DNA of 64,000 bases from an uncultured bacterium (GTDB taxonomy: Bacteria; Chloroflexota; UBA5177; JANWHV01): positions 64,001 to 128,000 of the forward strand of contig CAVSOU010000017.1 in NCBI GenBank assembly GCA_963729625.1, written 5' to 3'. Below, piece by piece: positions 46,927 through 55,698 of this stretch (position 1 is its first letter; each line of letters opens with the position of its first letter). The notes below the pieces were generated by a model. It saw only the letters and a list, made by a program, of their open reading frames with translations. It was not told the DNA's origin and made no database searches. A program made the translations under genes and the position numbers.

Positions 46927-47030
46927 CGAGAACGCCACCATATTGTCTTGTCACGCCAGGCTGGACAGCACAAAGTCGGCCGCGACCGTTTGGGCGGTGC
47001 TTGGGCCTGCGGCTGCAGGCACGGGGGAGC

Positions 47031-47249
47031 ATGGACCTGCCCACCGGCACCCGGCAAGAGGGTGAAGCCTGGCCGGCGACCGTACCTGACGCCGAACGGT
47101 TGTGGCAGTGCGCCGTTACCGGTGAGGACCGCTTCGCGTTGTATCTGGTATACGGGGACCGCGCTCTGGTCCGAGTAAGCAGCCGGCCGCGGCCGGCGCG
47201 CGGTTGCATCTGGGCCGCCGTGGATGCGGCTAAAGGGTGCCCGATCTGA
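47031..47249 (+). CDS. Small hypothetical protein
   Basis: GGGGAG RBS plus ATG; stops just before the RBS of the next gene. Confidence 0.3.
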   Translation: MDLPTGTRQEGEAWPATVPDAERLWQCAVTGEDRFALYLVYGDRALVRVSSRPRPARGCIWAAVDAAKGCPI

Positions 47250-47263
47250 GAGGAGAACACGTG

Positions 47264-47977
47264 ATGGGCAGGCTAGGGATCGTTGCGGTGGGTCTGGTGA
47301 GCACATTGATGTTGAGCGCGGCAGTGCCGCGGGCTGTTGCGGCCGGAGCATCGACGCAGAGCCAGACCAGCATTACGGTCAGCGCGGAGGGCTCGACGAC
47401 GGTTGCGCCCGATGTAGCCTTTGTCACGGTAGGCGTGCAGCAGTCCGATCTGCAGGCCGAAAAGGCGCAAAGCGAGGCAAACGCGATCATCGCAGCCGCG
47501 ATCACGCGTATCAAGGCGCTGGGCATCCCGGATCACGACATCCAGACGGCGAGCATCTCGCTGGATCCGCAGTATGACGACCGCGGCATCGTCACCGGCT
47601 TCCAGGCTACCGACACACTCTCCATTACCGTGGAACAGCTGCGCAAGACAGGATCGGTGATCGACGCGGGCGTGGGAGCGGGCGCCAACCGGAACGTGAG
47701 CGTGAGCTTCGGCCTGAAGGACGACAGTCTGGCACGTACCGCGGCGTTGCGAGCAGCAGTCGCAGTGGCACAGCGAAAGGCGTCCGCCGTAGCCGCACAA
47801 TTGGGGATCTCGCTCACCGGCGCCAAAGTGCAGGTAACCGAGAATCTGGCACAGGCGCCGACACCCATGCCATATGCCGTGACCGGCGCTGTGCAAAGCA
47901 CTACTCGCGTACCCACACCCGTACAGACAGGATCGCTAATCATCCAGGATAGCGTGACGGTGACGTACACGTTGTAG
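47264..47977 (+). CDS. SIMPL (DUF541) secreted protein
   Basis: Signal peptide; ITVSAEGSTTVAPDVA, DIQTASISLDPQYD and IDAGVGAGAN. Confidence 0.9.
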   Translation: MGRLGIVAVGLVSTLMLSAAVPRAVAAGASTQSQTSITVSAEGSTTVAPDVAFVTVGVQQSDLQAEKAQSEANAIIAAAITRIKALGIPDHDIQTASISLDPQYDDRGIVTGFQATDTLSITVEQLRKTGSVIDAGVGAGANRNVSVSFGLKDDSLARTAALRAAVAVAQRKASAVAAQLGISLTGAKVQVTENLAQAPTPMPYAVTGAVQSTTRVPTPVQTGSLIIQDSVTVTYTL

Positions 47978-48058
47978 GCGACAGATTCACCGCTGGAACT
48001 GCCACCGCACGGCCTGTCAGGGCGTGCCTGTGTCCTCCTGGTGAAAAGCTCGTATGGC

Positions 48059-50521
48059 TCAGCCCGACTTGGACGCGCTCGCATGTGCCACGGCAGCCAA
48101 CGCGGTGTACGCGCCATGCGACTTATCTTGTCCTATCGTCGTCAGGGACAATTCGGCCGGCTTGCGTTCCGAGGCAGGATCGCGACTGACCCACTCGAGG
48201 TAATTCGAGATGGATACGTTCACCGGCTGTGAGGCAAGGAGAGATAGTGTTCCATCCGCGACTGCCCGCTCGAACGCTGCAACCGCGCCTGGGTGGAACT
48301 GGGTCGCGGTACCCTCGAGGATGCGTGCGCGCGCCTCTTCCCAGCATAGCGCGGGACGATACGTGCGGCTGCTCGTTATGGCGTCGAGCGCGTCTGCGAC
48401 TCCCAGCACTGCCGCATCCAGCGGGATGATGTCGCCGCTCAGACCGTCAGGGTAGCCGCTTCCGTCCCATCGCTCGTGATGGTAACGCACGGCAGGTAGC
48501 ACGTCCTGCAGAAAGGGCACCGAGGCGAGCATGCGTTCGCCGATGAGTGAGTGGTGCTTGATCGTCGAGTATTCCTGAACCGTGAGCGGCGATGGCTTTG
48601 CCAGTATGGCGTCGGGCACGCCAATCTTGCCCACGTCGTGTAACAGGCCGGCAAGCTCAATGCGGGCAACGACGTCGTCTGAGAGCTGCATGGCGCGGGC
48701 AATGATGCCCGCGTAGGCGCTGACCCGCTGTGAGTGGCCCTGCGTGTATGGGTCCTTCGCGTCGACGGCGGCCGCGAGGGCGGTGACCGTGGCGAGATTG
48801 GCGTGCTGCAACTGGGCGGCCAAGGCCGTCGGATCATAGTCGAGGCTGGCTTCCGCATCCTCGGGTCGCGCAACGCACCCCTTTCCGGCATGCTTCGCGG
48901 CGTACGCAGCCTTGTCGGCCGCCCGGATCAGACCCTCGCGCGTCTGGGCATGATCGGGCAGCGCGGCCACGCCGATACTGGCCCGCACGGAGACGGTGGC
49001 TCCGTTCTCGATCACCAGGAGCGAGGCAATTGCCTCGCGTGCGCGCTCGGCCAACATTGTTGCTCCATCAATATCGGTTTCCGGCAAGATGACGACGAAC
49101 TCGTCGCCTCCGTAGCGAGCCGCAATGTCCCCTGTACGGATGCTCCTGAGAAAGGCCTTCGCTATTGCCGCCAGGACCGCGTCGCCGACCTGATGGCCGA
49201 AGCTGTTGTTCACCGTGCCAAAGTCATCGACATCGATCATCATGAGCGCGAGTGGGTGGCCGCCCCGTTTGGCGCGGGCAATCTCCTCCTCAAGTCGCGT
49301 TTGGAAGGCCCGGTGATTGAGGAGGCCGGTGAGCCCATCCTGAGAGGCGAGTGCAACCGCGCGCTCATGGAGCCGCGCGTTCTGCAGCGCGATTGCTGCT
49401 TGGTTCGCCAGGATGGCTAACGAATCGCGATCGTCGTCGGTCAGCGTCAACGTCCCACCAGAGAGGAGCAGCAGCCCCGAGGAGCCCTGGCCGTCCGGAT
49501 CAAGCAGCACCGGCAGCACGCGACCGATACCGTCGAGGTCGACCTCGCGCATGTTCGTCTCGGGGCTGGGCACGGGCAGCCACATCGGCGTCAACCTGGG
49601 CGCATCGTCCGGTGTGAACACGACTCGTCTGAGCAGCGAAGGATCGTGATCGTCGCACAGGTATCCTGTGACCACCCCAGACCCGATGATGGCGTGCGCC
49701 GCTTCCGCCAGGGGCCGGAGCAGGTCGGCGCGCGTATGCTGCAGACGTAATCCCTGGCTCGCGGTGAGGACGGCTTCGAGCTGTTTGTTGCGCCGCAGAG
49801 CCTGGCTGCGCTCTTCCGCCTGGGCGACGGCATAGAAGGCGACCCGCAGGGCCACAACCGGGAGGACTGCCAGGGCAAGCGCCAGGGGATCGAAGCGCCA
49901 CAATATTGTAGCGGCAATGCCAATCGAGCTGGCGGCGAGCTCGGGCAAGAGCGCGTGGCGGTATTCCTGCCACCACAAGGTGAATGGAGACCTTCGCTGC
50001 ATCAGAGCGAAGACCCCCAGCATCATGGCAACGTCGAGGACATAGAAGAGCGTGATGAGCAGCACCAAGCTGGGAAGAGCAGGCGCCAGATCGGCGGGAC
50101 GCAGCAAGTGCGTGGGCGAGGCGACAGGCGAGAACAACGCGGTGGTGAGGCCCACTGCCAGCGTGGGGTGGCTGGTATTGAACGCGCGTTTATAGATCGG
50201 CGTGTGACGGCGGAGGGCCACCGAGACGACAGAGGAGACAAACGTCAGCAGCAGCGGAAACGGCGCTGGAAAGAGCAGAATCGCGGCCACGTGCACCGGC
50301 GTCGCGAGATCCTGTACGACGGTACGGCTGACTTGCAGCACCGTATAGTGGGCGGCCAGAGCCAGCAGCAGGAAAGCGCCGAGAGCCAGAAGGCGGTCGT
50401 GCGGTTCGCGCGCCAAGCTGCCATGTACGATGAGAGGGCCGGCTTGCACGAGCACTACGCCAACGCACGCCAGGTTCAGCGCCCAGAGGTAGCATCGAAG
50501 TGGCCATGGCATCGGTTGCAC
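48059..50521 (-). CDS. Membrane sensor (MASE9-like)-GAF-GGDEF-HD-GYP c-di-GMP enzyme
   Basis: About 7 N-terminal TM segments with KRAFN, then a GAF-like region ending AIALQNARL. RTGD I-site plus RYGGDEF. DAKDPYTQGHS, HDVGK and HHERWDGSGYP. Confidence 0.93.
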   Translation of the reverse strand: MQPMPWPLRCYLWALNLACVGVVLVQAGPLIVHGSLAREPHDRLLALGAFLLLALAAHYTVLQVSRTVVQDLATPVHVAAILLFPAPFPLLLTFVSSVVSVALRRHTPIYKRAFNTSHPTLAVGLTTALFSPVASPTHLLRPADLAPALPSLVLLITLFYVLDVAMMLGVFALMQRRSPFTLWWQEYRHALLPELAASSIGIAATILWRFDPLALALAVLPVVALRVAFYAVAQAEERSQALRRNKQLEAVLTASQGLRLQHTRADLLRPLAEAAHAIIGSGVVTGYLCDDHDPSLLRRVVFTPDDAPRLTPMWLPVPSPETNMREVDLDGIGRVLPVLLDPDGQGSSGLLLLSGGTLTLTDDDRDSLAILANQAAIALQNARLHERAVALASQDGLTGLLNHRAFQTRLEEEIARAKRGGHPLALMMIDVDDFGTVNNSFGHQVGDAVLAAIAKAFLRSIRTGDIAARYGGDEFVVILPETDIDGATMLAERAREAIASLLVIENGATVSVRASIGVAALPDHAQTREGLIRAADKAAYAAKHAGKGCVARPEDAEASLDYDPTALAAQLQHANLATVTALAAAVDAKDPYTQGHSQRVSAYAGIIARAMQLSDDVVARIELAGLLHDVGKIGVPDAILAKPSPLTVQEYSTIKHHSLIGERMLASVPFLQDVLPAVRYHHERWDGSGYPDGLSGDIIPLDAAVLGVADALDAITSSRTYRPALCWEEARARILEGTATQFHPGAVAAFERAVADGTLSLLASQPVNVSISNYLEWVSRDPASERKPAELSLTTIGQDKSHGAYTALAAVAHASASKSG

Positions 50522-50566
50522 GGTGTCCTCACTTGCAGGGCGTGCGCCCTTGTTGGCCAGTCGAGC

Positions 50567-51160
50567 TCAGCGCGAAGCCTCCATGCACCGTTGAGGCTCG
50601 GGCCTGAAAGGCCTTCGGACAGCGCCGTAGGCCGCCGTGGCCGCGCCGAAGGTGAGCAAGGCGTCGCCCACGCTGAAGACGTTGCCGTAACCTTGAGCAA
50701 ACCGGACTGGGATGACGTCGCCGAGAACAGCCAGCTTGCTCGAGGACGTCGAGAGCCCCGTGTTGTTATAGACGTGCTGTCCGGAGATCTCCTGCACCTT
50801 GGCCTGGCCTTTCACGGCGGCCATTGCCGCGGCATCAACCGGCATATGGCCGCCGTTCAAGGCGATAACGGTCACGTTGAGTGTCAGCCCGAGCAGCGCT
50901 ATGCGTACGGCCGGTCCGAGGCGCCAGTTTCGCAAGGCGCCGATGGTGACCATGCCGAGCGCACCGGCATAGATCTCGCCACTGTGATGCAGAACGAGGC
51001 CCGAGCCGCGTACCCCCGGCGCGTAGAGCAGCAACTGGATGGCAAGAGAGCCGATCAGAAAACCGCTGCCTCGAATGGGCAGCGCTGCAAGATTGCTGAG
51101 CGAGCCGCCGCGCAGGAGCGCAAGAAACACCGCTACGAGTACCGGTATCACAAGAAGCAT
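50567..51160 (-). CDS. DUF5317-family membrane protein
   Basis: RGGSLSNL, NGGHMPV, LGDVIP and VFSVGD motifs. GGAGG RBS before ATG 51160. Confidence 0.85.
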   Translation of the reverse strand: MLLVIPVLVAVFLALLRGGSLSNLAALPIRGSGFLIGSLAIQLLLYAPGVRGSGLVLHHSGEIYAGALGMVTIGALRNWRLGPAVRIALLGLTLNVTVIALNGGHMPVDAAAMAAVKGQAKVQEISGQHVYNNTGLSTSSSKLAVLGDVIPVRFAQGYGNVFSVGDALLTFGAATAAYGAVRRPFRPEPQRCMEASR

Positions 51161-51318
51161 GCAACCTCCAGCGGGATCTGACTGCCTGGGATCTCCGCAG
51201 ACGACTCGGGTCTCGGGAATGAGTCCGCGATGGTGGGTTCCCGGGGTGCCTATTGAGCTGGCAGGGCGAGGATCATGGCATCCGCGCCCTGCACGCCCAA
51301 GCACCGAACGCTAGAACG

Positions 51319-51450
51319 CTAGAACCACTGGGTGCCGGCGCCTGATGCCGCCACAAAGGCGACGACCGAGCCGAGAGCAAGCGCGGCGCGCTGGATGACC
51401 TGCATGTTCCATACGTGGCCGTGTCGAATGCCGAGAGTAATTCGCTTCAT
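51319..51450 (-). CDS. 43-aa signal-peptide-like precursor peptide
   Basis: GAAGGA RBS; sequence MKRITLGIRHGHVWNMQVIQRAALALGSVVAFVAASGAGTQWF. First gene after a promoter-like site. Alternative in-frame starts at 51501 and 51405. Confidence 0.7.
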   Translation of the reverse strand: MKRITLGIRHGHVWNMQVIQRAALALGSVVAFVAASGAGTQWF

Positions 51451-51510
51451 CGGTTGGCAATCCTTCTGCAAAATCTTCGTTCCACAAGAACCTGTTGCCA
51501 TGGCTCCTAA

Positions 51511-51538
51511 ACTATACAATACGAAATGACTCGGTCTA
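51511..51538 (-). promoter_or_regulatory. Putative promoter of the peptide operon
   Basis: Minus-strand TAGACC-16 bp-TATAGT in an AT-rich patch. Confidence 0.5.
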
Positions 51539-51699
51539 GTACCCATTTGGACCATGCACGATCGGCTTACCTCGCGGTCTCATCCGGTGGCTGAACACTG
51601 CTGATGCGGGCACTCGGCGCCTTTTCTGGGAGTGACCCGATGGCCTCGGGTTGAGGAATCGAGCAGCCTATCCTCGCGCATCCGAGGCCTCGATCCTGG

Positions 51700-51906
51700 T
51701 CAGCGCGGATCCGGAGCGGCGCGCATCGCCGTAGGCGTTGCCCAAAATTGATTCAAGAGGAGAGCGTTCTCTTCCACCGCCGCGCGCAGCACAGCGTCGT
51801 CGGTGATTCCAGGTTCTGACTCTGCAATGTACAGCACAACGTTGCCTTCGCTTCTCAGCCGCTCAACGGTGTGCCGATCCACGCCTTCGTCAGCGACGAG
51901 TCTCAC
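51700..51906 (-). pseudogene. DUF5615 PIN-like toxin, truncated
   Basis: VRLVADEGVD...PGITDDAVL...ENALLL, then the expected TxDKDFG is lost. GTGA overlap with DUF433. Confidence 0.75.
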
Positions 51907-52169
51907 GACGCAATGCCAGCGAATGGATAGACAACGTCGGCCCGTAGCGCCTGAGCGGCGAAACGCAACGCCGCGGCGACGCCTTCTCTTGTCAGCCTGG
52001 GGTGAGCGTCCAGGAGTTGATCGACGGTCTCCCCTGCAGCCAAGCTGACTAGGATTGACTCGACGGTGATTCTCGTTCCGGTGATGATTGGCTTCCCCAT
52101 CATGACGGCGGGACTTGAAGTGATGAGCGCCGAGGCCGCGGTAGAACCCAGGTCGTTCGTGTCGTCCAT
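51903..52169 (-). CDS. DUF433 antitoxin-like protein
   Basis: PAVMMGKPIITGTRITVESIL...HPRLTREGVAAAL. Confidence 0.9.
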   Translation of the reverse strand: MDDTNDLGSTAASALITSSPAVMMGKPIITGTRITVESILVSLAAGETVDQLLDAHPRLTREGVAAALRFAAQALRADVVYPFAGIAS

Positions 52170-52451
52170 CTAAAGCCATGCGTCTCATTGTTGACGTGCC
52201 TCTAAAAGACCCACAGCTTACAAGTCAGTGTAGATCGTGAGACTGCGCGCGCACGAGTTACTTAAGCTCCGCCAAGTCGCGTGGGAGCCAGTCCAGTGGC
52301 GTACGAGCGGGACGGAACGGAGATGAACCTCGGCATCATCAGGTGATGGCAGCGCGGTTCAGGTCGTACTGGGCAGTGACCCCGGCATTTCATGCTCCTT
52401 ATGATGCTTTACTATGACATTAGTGCCCGGTCCAATTGGAGATTCATCTCG

Positions 52452-52670
52452 ATGGCAAGAACAACGGTCTACCTCGACGATGGCCTGCGCGAGCGATTGC
52501 AGCAGGTTGTCCCGCCCCGTAAGTTGAACCGCTTCATCAATGAGGCCGTGGTCGAGAAGGTCGCGGCGCTGGAGCAACGCCAGCTCGAATAGGCGATGAA
52601 GGAGGGATATCTCGCCAACAGCGATGGCCGTGCGGTCTTGAATCAAACTGGGCTTGGCGTGGAGGGCGAC
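52452..52670 (+). pseudogene. RHH antitoxin (MazE/EndoAI-like) pseudogene
   Basis: MARTTVYLDD...NRFINEAV...QLE*AMKEGYLA...LNQ with an in-frame TAG at 52590-52592. No toxin follows. Confidence 0.65.
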
Positions 52671-53654
52671 ATGCGCTATTTCCTGACCGGTGCGACCGGC
52701 TTTATCGGCGGATCCGTAACGAGGCAGCTGATCGGGGCCGGCCACGACGTCGTAGCCGTGGTACGCGACCCGGCAAGGGCGCGCAACCTAGCCGATCTCG
52801 GCGTAAAGCTGTACGTGGGCGACGTGACCGACAAGGCAAGCATGCGCGAGGCGATGACCGGGGTCGACGGTGTCTTTCACATCGCCGGCTGGTACAAGAT
52901 CGGCGTGAAGGATAAGCGCGACGGCGCCCGGGTCAATATCGAGGGCACGCGCAACACGCTGGAGCTGATGCGGGATCTCGGGATCCCCAAAGGTGTCTAC
53001 ACCAGTACCCTGGCCGTGAACTCCGATACACATGGGCAGCTCGTCGACGAGAGCTATCGCTACATGGGGCCACACATCTCGGAATATGAGCGGACCAAGT
53101 GGGTCGCGCACTACGAGGTGGCGGAGCCGATGATCGCAGCCGGCTTGCCGCTGGTGATCGTGGAGCCGGGCCTGGTGTATGGACCCGGTGATGCCAGCGT
53201 GACAGGCGCCGTGCTGAAGCAATACCTGCGGAGGAAGCTGCCGATAGTCCCCAAGCGCGCGGCGTACTGCTGGGGCCACGTAGACGACATCGCTCATGGC
53301 CACGTGCTGGCCATGGAGAAAGGCGTGCCGGGCGAATCCTACATGCTGGCGGGACCGGCCTGCACTCTCGTCGAAGCCCTGCACATCGCCGAACAGATTA
53401 CCGGCATCGCAGCGCCGCGGCGCCGAATTGGACCAGGGCTGTTGCAGGCCGCGGCCGTCATCATGGCCGGGCTCGAGAAAGTCGCGCCGGTGCCGGACGG
53501 CTACAGCGCCGAGTATCTGCGTGTCAGTGCAGGCGTCACGTATCTCGGGAACAATGCCAGGGCAAAGCGCGAGCTGGGCTTCAGCCCGCGTCCCCTACGC
53601 GAGGGTCTGGAGGAGACGCTCCGTCACGAGATGCGAGTGCTCGGAATCGTATAG
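52671..53654 (+). CDS. NAD-dependent epimerase/dehydratase (HpnA/DFR-like SDR)
   Basis: TGATGFIG, VFHIAG and YERTK. GGAGG RBS. Confidence 0.92.
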   Translation: MRYFLTGATGFIGGSVTRQLIGAGHDVVAVVRDPARARNLADLGVKLYVGDVTDKASMREAMTGVDGVFHIAGWYKIGVKDKRDGARVNIEGTRNTLELMRDLGIPKGVYTSTLAVNSDTHGQLVDESYRYMGPHISEYERTKWVAHYEVAEPMIAAGLPLVIVEPGLVYGPGDASVTGAVLKQYLRRKLPIVPKRAAYCWGHVDDIAHGHVLAMEKGVPGESYMLAGPACTLVEALHIAEQITGIAAPRRRIGPGLLQAAAVIMAGLEKVAPVPDGYSAEYLRVSAGVTYLGNNARAKRELGFSPRPLREGLEETLRHEMRVLGIV

Positions 53655-53894
53655 ACTCGGCCTGACGCCCGTCCGCGTGCATGGTACGGTTGGGCCTAAC
53701 GGATCGCGATAGAGATGATCTCCAGTCTGCCCGGCCTTTGGGCGCGGCGACAGCGCGGTATAAAGGGCTGGGAACCTTCGTACCATGTACCTGGCCGTGG
53801 AACTCTGTACACTTCAGGGCAGGCAGATGAACGACCCTGGCCGCTTCTGCTCGATTTTCGACAAGAGCGGTCGACGAGATGAGGAGGCTCTGCA

Positions 53895-54323
53895 ATGTCG
53901 AGTCCATTGCCTGATCCCAACACGCCGTTCGGCCAGCGAGTGCGACAGCGTTTGCGCGACGACAACGTGATCTGGCTGATTGCCACGGATGCCGCCGGTA
54001 CTCCACAGCCTAACCCTGTCTGGTTCTATTGGGATGGCGAAGCGCTGCTGGTATACAACCGCCCCGACGCCAAGCGCCTCCGGCACATCCAGCGTAACTC
54101 CTCGGTCGCGATCCACTTTAACTCCGGCGAGCAGGGCGACGACATCGTCGTGCTCACCGGCAAGGCTCAGGTCGCGAGCGACTGGCCGTCTGCCGCCGCC
54201 GCGGCTGCCTACCTGGCGAAGTACAGTGCGTATATCCCCGCGATTGGCCACACGCCGGAGTCCCTGGCAGCAGAATACTCGGTAGCGTTGCGTATTGTGA
54301 TCGGTAGAGTACGGGGCATGTGA
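53895..54323 (+). CDS. PPOX-class F420-dependent oxidoreductase
   Basis: WLIAT, GTPQPNPVWF, KRLRHIQRN, YLAKY and EYSVALRI. Confidence 0.85.
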   Translation: MSSPLPDPNTPFGQRVRQRLRDDNVIWLIATDAAGTPQPNPVWFYWDGEALLVYNRPDAKRLRHIQRNSSVAIHFNSGEQGDDIVVLTGKAQVASDWPSAAAAAAYLAKYSAYIPAIGHTPESLAAEYSVALRIVIGRVRGM

Positions 54324-54401
54324 CCGCCAGGCATTGACTGCTTGACTGCTTTCCGGTGGCGCGCCGGAAGACCGGAAGGGGTGTACCTCATAGTACCGGC
54401 T

Positions 54402-54692
54402 CTACACCACATTGCAGAGGTCGAAGGCTTCACGCAGCGCTTCCGCCGGTTTCCCTTCGGGCACAAACTCCTGGCCGACGTAGCCCTCGTATCCCGTCGC
54501 CGCGATGGCACGCATGATGGCGGGATAGTGAAGCTCCTGCCTCGGGCCGATCTCGTTCCTGCCCGGATTCCCGGCCGTGTGGTAATGCGCGAAGAACGGG
54601 GCGTGCGTGCGTATGGTACGGATGACGTCGCCCTCCATGATCTGCATATGGTAAATGTCATAGAGCAACCTGACGCGCAGTGAATCTACCAT
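54402..54692 (-). pseudogene. hyi: Hydroxypyruvate isomerase (Hyi), C-terminal fragment
   Basis: LLYDIYHMQIMEGDVIRTI, HTAGNPGRNE and GYVGQEF. The N-terminal ~60% is absent. Confidence 0.75.
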
Positions 54693-54990
54693 CGTGTCAG
54701 ACCGGTCTCGTCGTAGCACCACCACGATACTGATTGCATCATCGCCTTCACCTCTCAACCTCCGTGCAGTCGCGCAAGGACCATATCCCGTGAAGAAGGC
54801 CCGCGCTCCCCGGCAAACCGCGGATCGCTCCCGGACCTTGACATTGCGGGTCGACAGTACAAGCGCCGCGAGCTGCTCGGAAACTCTCGGACCACGATTC
54901 CAGCGGATCCGCGATCTCGTGCCTAGTGTAGCGCGGCGGGCGGGCGGATCGGGCTCCGTCTGCCGCGAGCTGCGAGGGTGAGGCCGGCGC

Positions 54991-55698
54991 TCAGCCGATC
55001 AACCGGCGCTGACGCGCGATCGTGACTGCTTGCGTTCGGTTGCCGGCGTTCAGCTTATCCATGATCAGGCTGATGTGGTTCTTCACGGTGCCCTCCGCCA
55101 AATGCAGCCGCCGGGCAATCTGCAGATTGCTGGCTCCTTCGGCCACCAACTGGAGCACCTGCCGCTCGCGCTCGGTCAGGGTTTCTCCTCCGGACGGAGG
55201 AGAACTCGGGCTCCAGGCATCGGATGGAATCGCTATCGGCCCGATCGCGGGCGTGGTCCCCTGGAAGGCAGCCAGCAGCTTGGCGGCCACGGCCGGCTGC
55301 AGCAGGGACTCACCACGTCGAGCCAGGTGAATGGCGCGAATCATTTCGTCGGCCGGATCGTCCTTGAGCAGGTATCCCATCGCGCCGGCCCGAATCGCCT
55401 CTAGCACCAGGCTATCGTGATCGTAGGTGGTGAGGATGACGACGCGCGTCTCCGGCCTGGCGCCAAGAATGCGACGCGTTGCCTCGACGCCGTCCATCAC
55501 CGGCATCTTGAGATCCATCAACACGACGTCGGGCGCCAACACCGCGGCGACGTCGACCGCGACCTGGCCGTTCTCCGCCTCGCCCACTACCTCGATATCT
55601 GCCTCCAGGTCGAGTATCGTGCGTAATCCTTCCCGCAGAATACGTTGATCCTCGACCAGCAGCACGCGAATCGGCGGGTTCTCGGCCGGCGCCATCAT
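54991..55698 (-). CDS. NarL/LuxR-family response regulator
   Basis: VLMDLKMP, GYLLKD and LTERERQVL...GTVKNH. Confidence 0.95.
   Translation of the reverse strand: MMAPAENPPIRVLLVEDQRILREGLRTILDLEADIEVVGEAENGQVAVDVAAVLAPDVVLMDLKMPVMDGVEATRRILGARPETRVVILTTYDHDSLVLEAIRAGAMGYLLKDDPADEMIRAIHLARRGESLLQPAVAAKLLAAFQGTTPAIGPIAIPSDAWSPSSPPSGGETLTERERQVLQLVAEGASNLQIARRLHLAEGTVKNHISLIMDKLNAGNRTQAVTIARQRRLIG

Noticed and set aside
52596-52670. N-terminal extension of the epimerase given in the ORF track
   Set aside because: MKEGYLA... belongs to the decayed antitoxin; the RBS supports ATG 52671.
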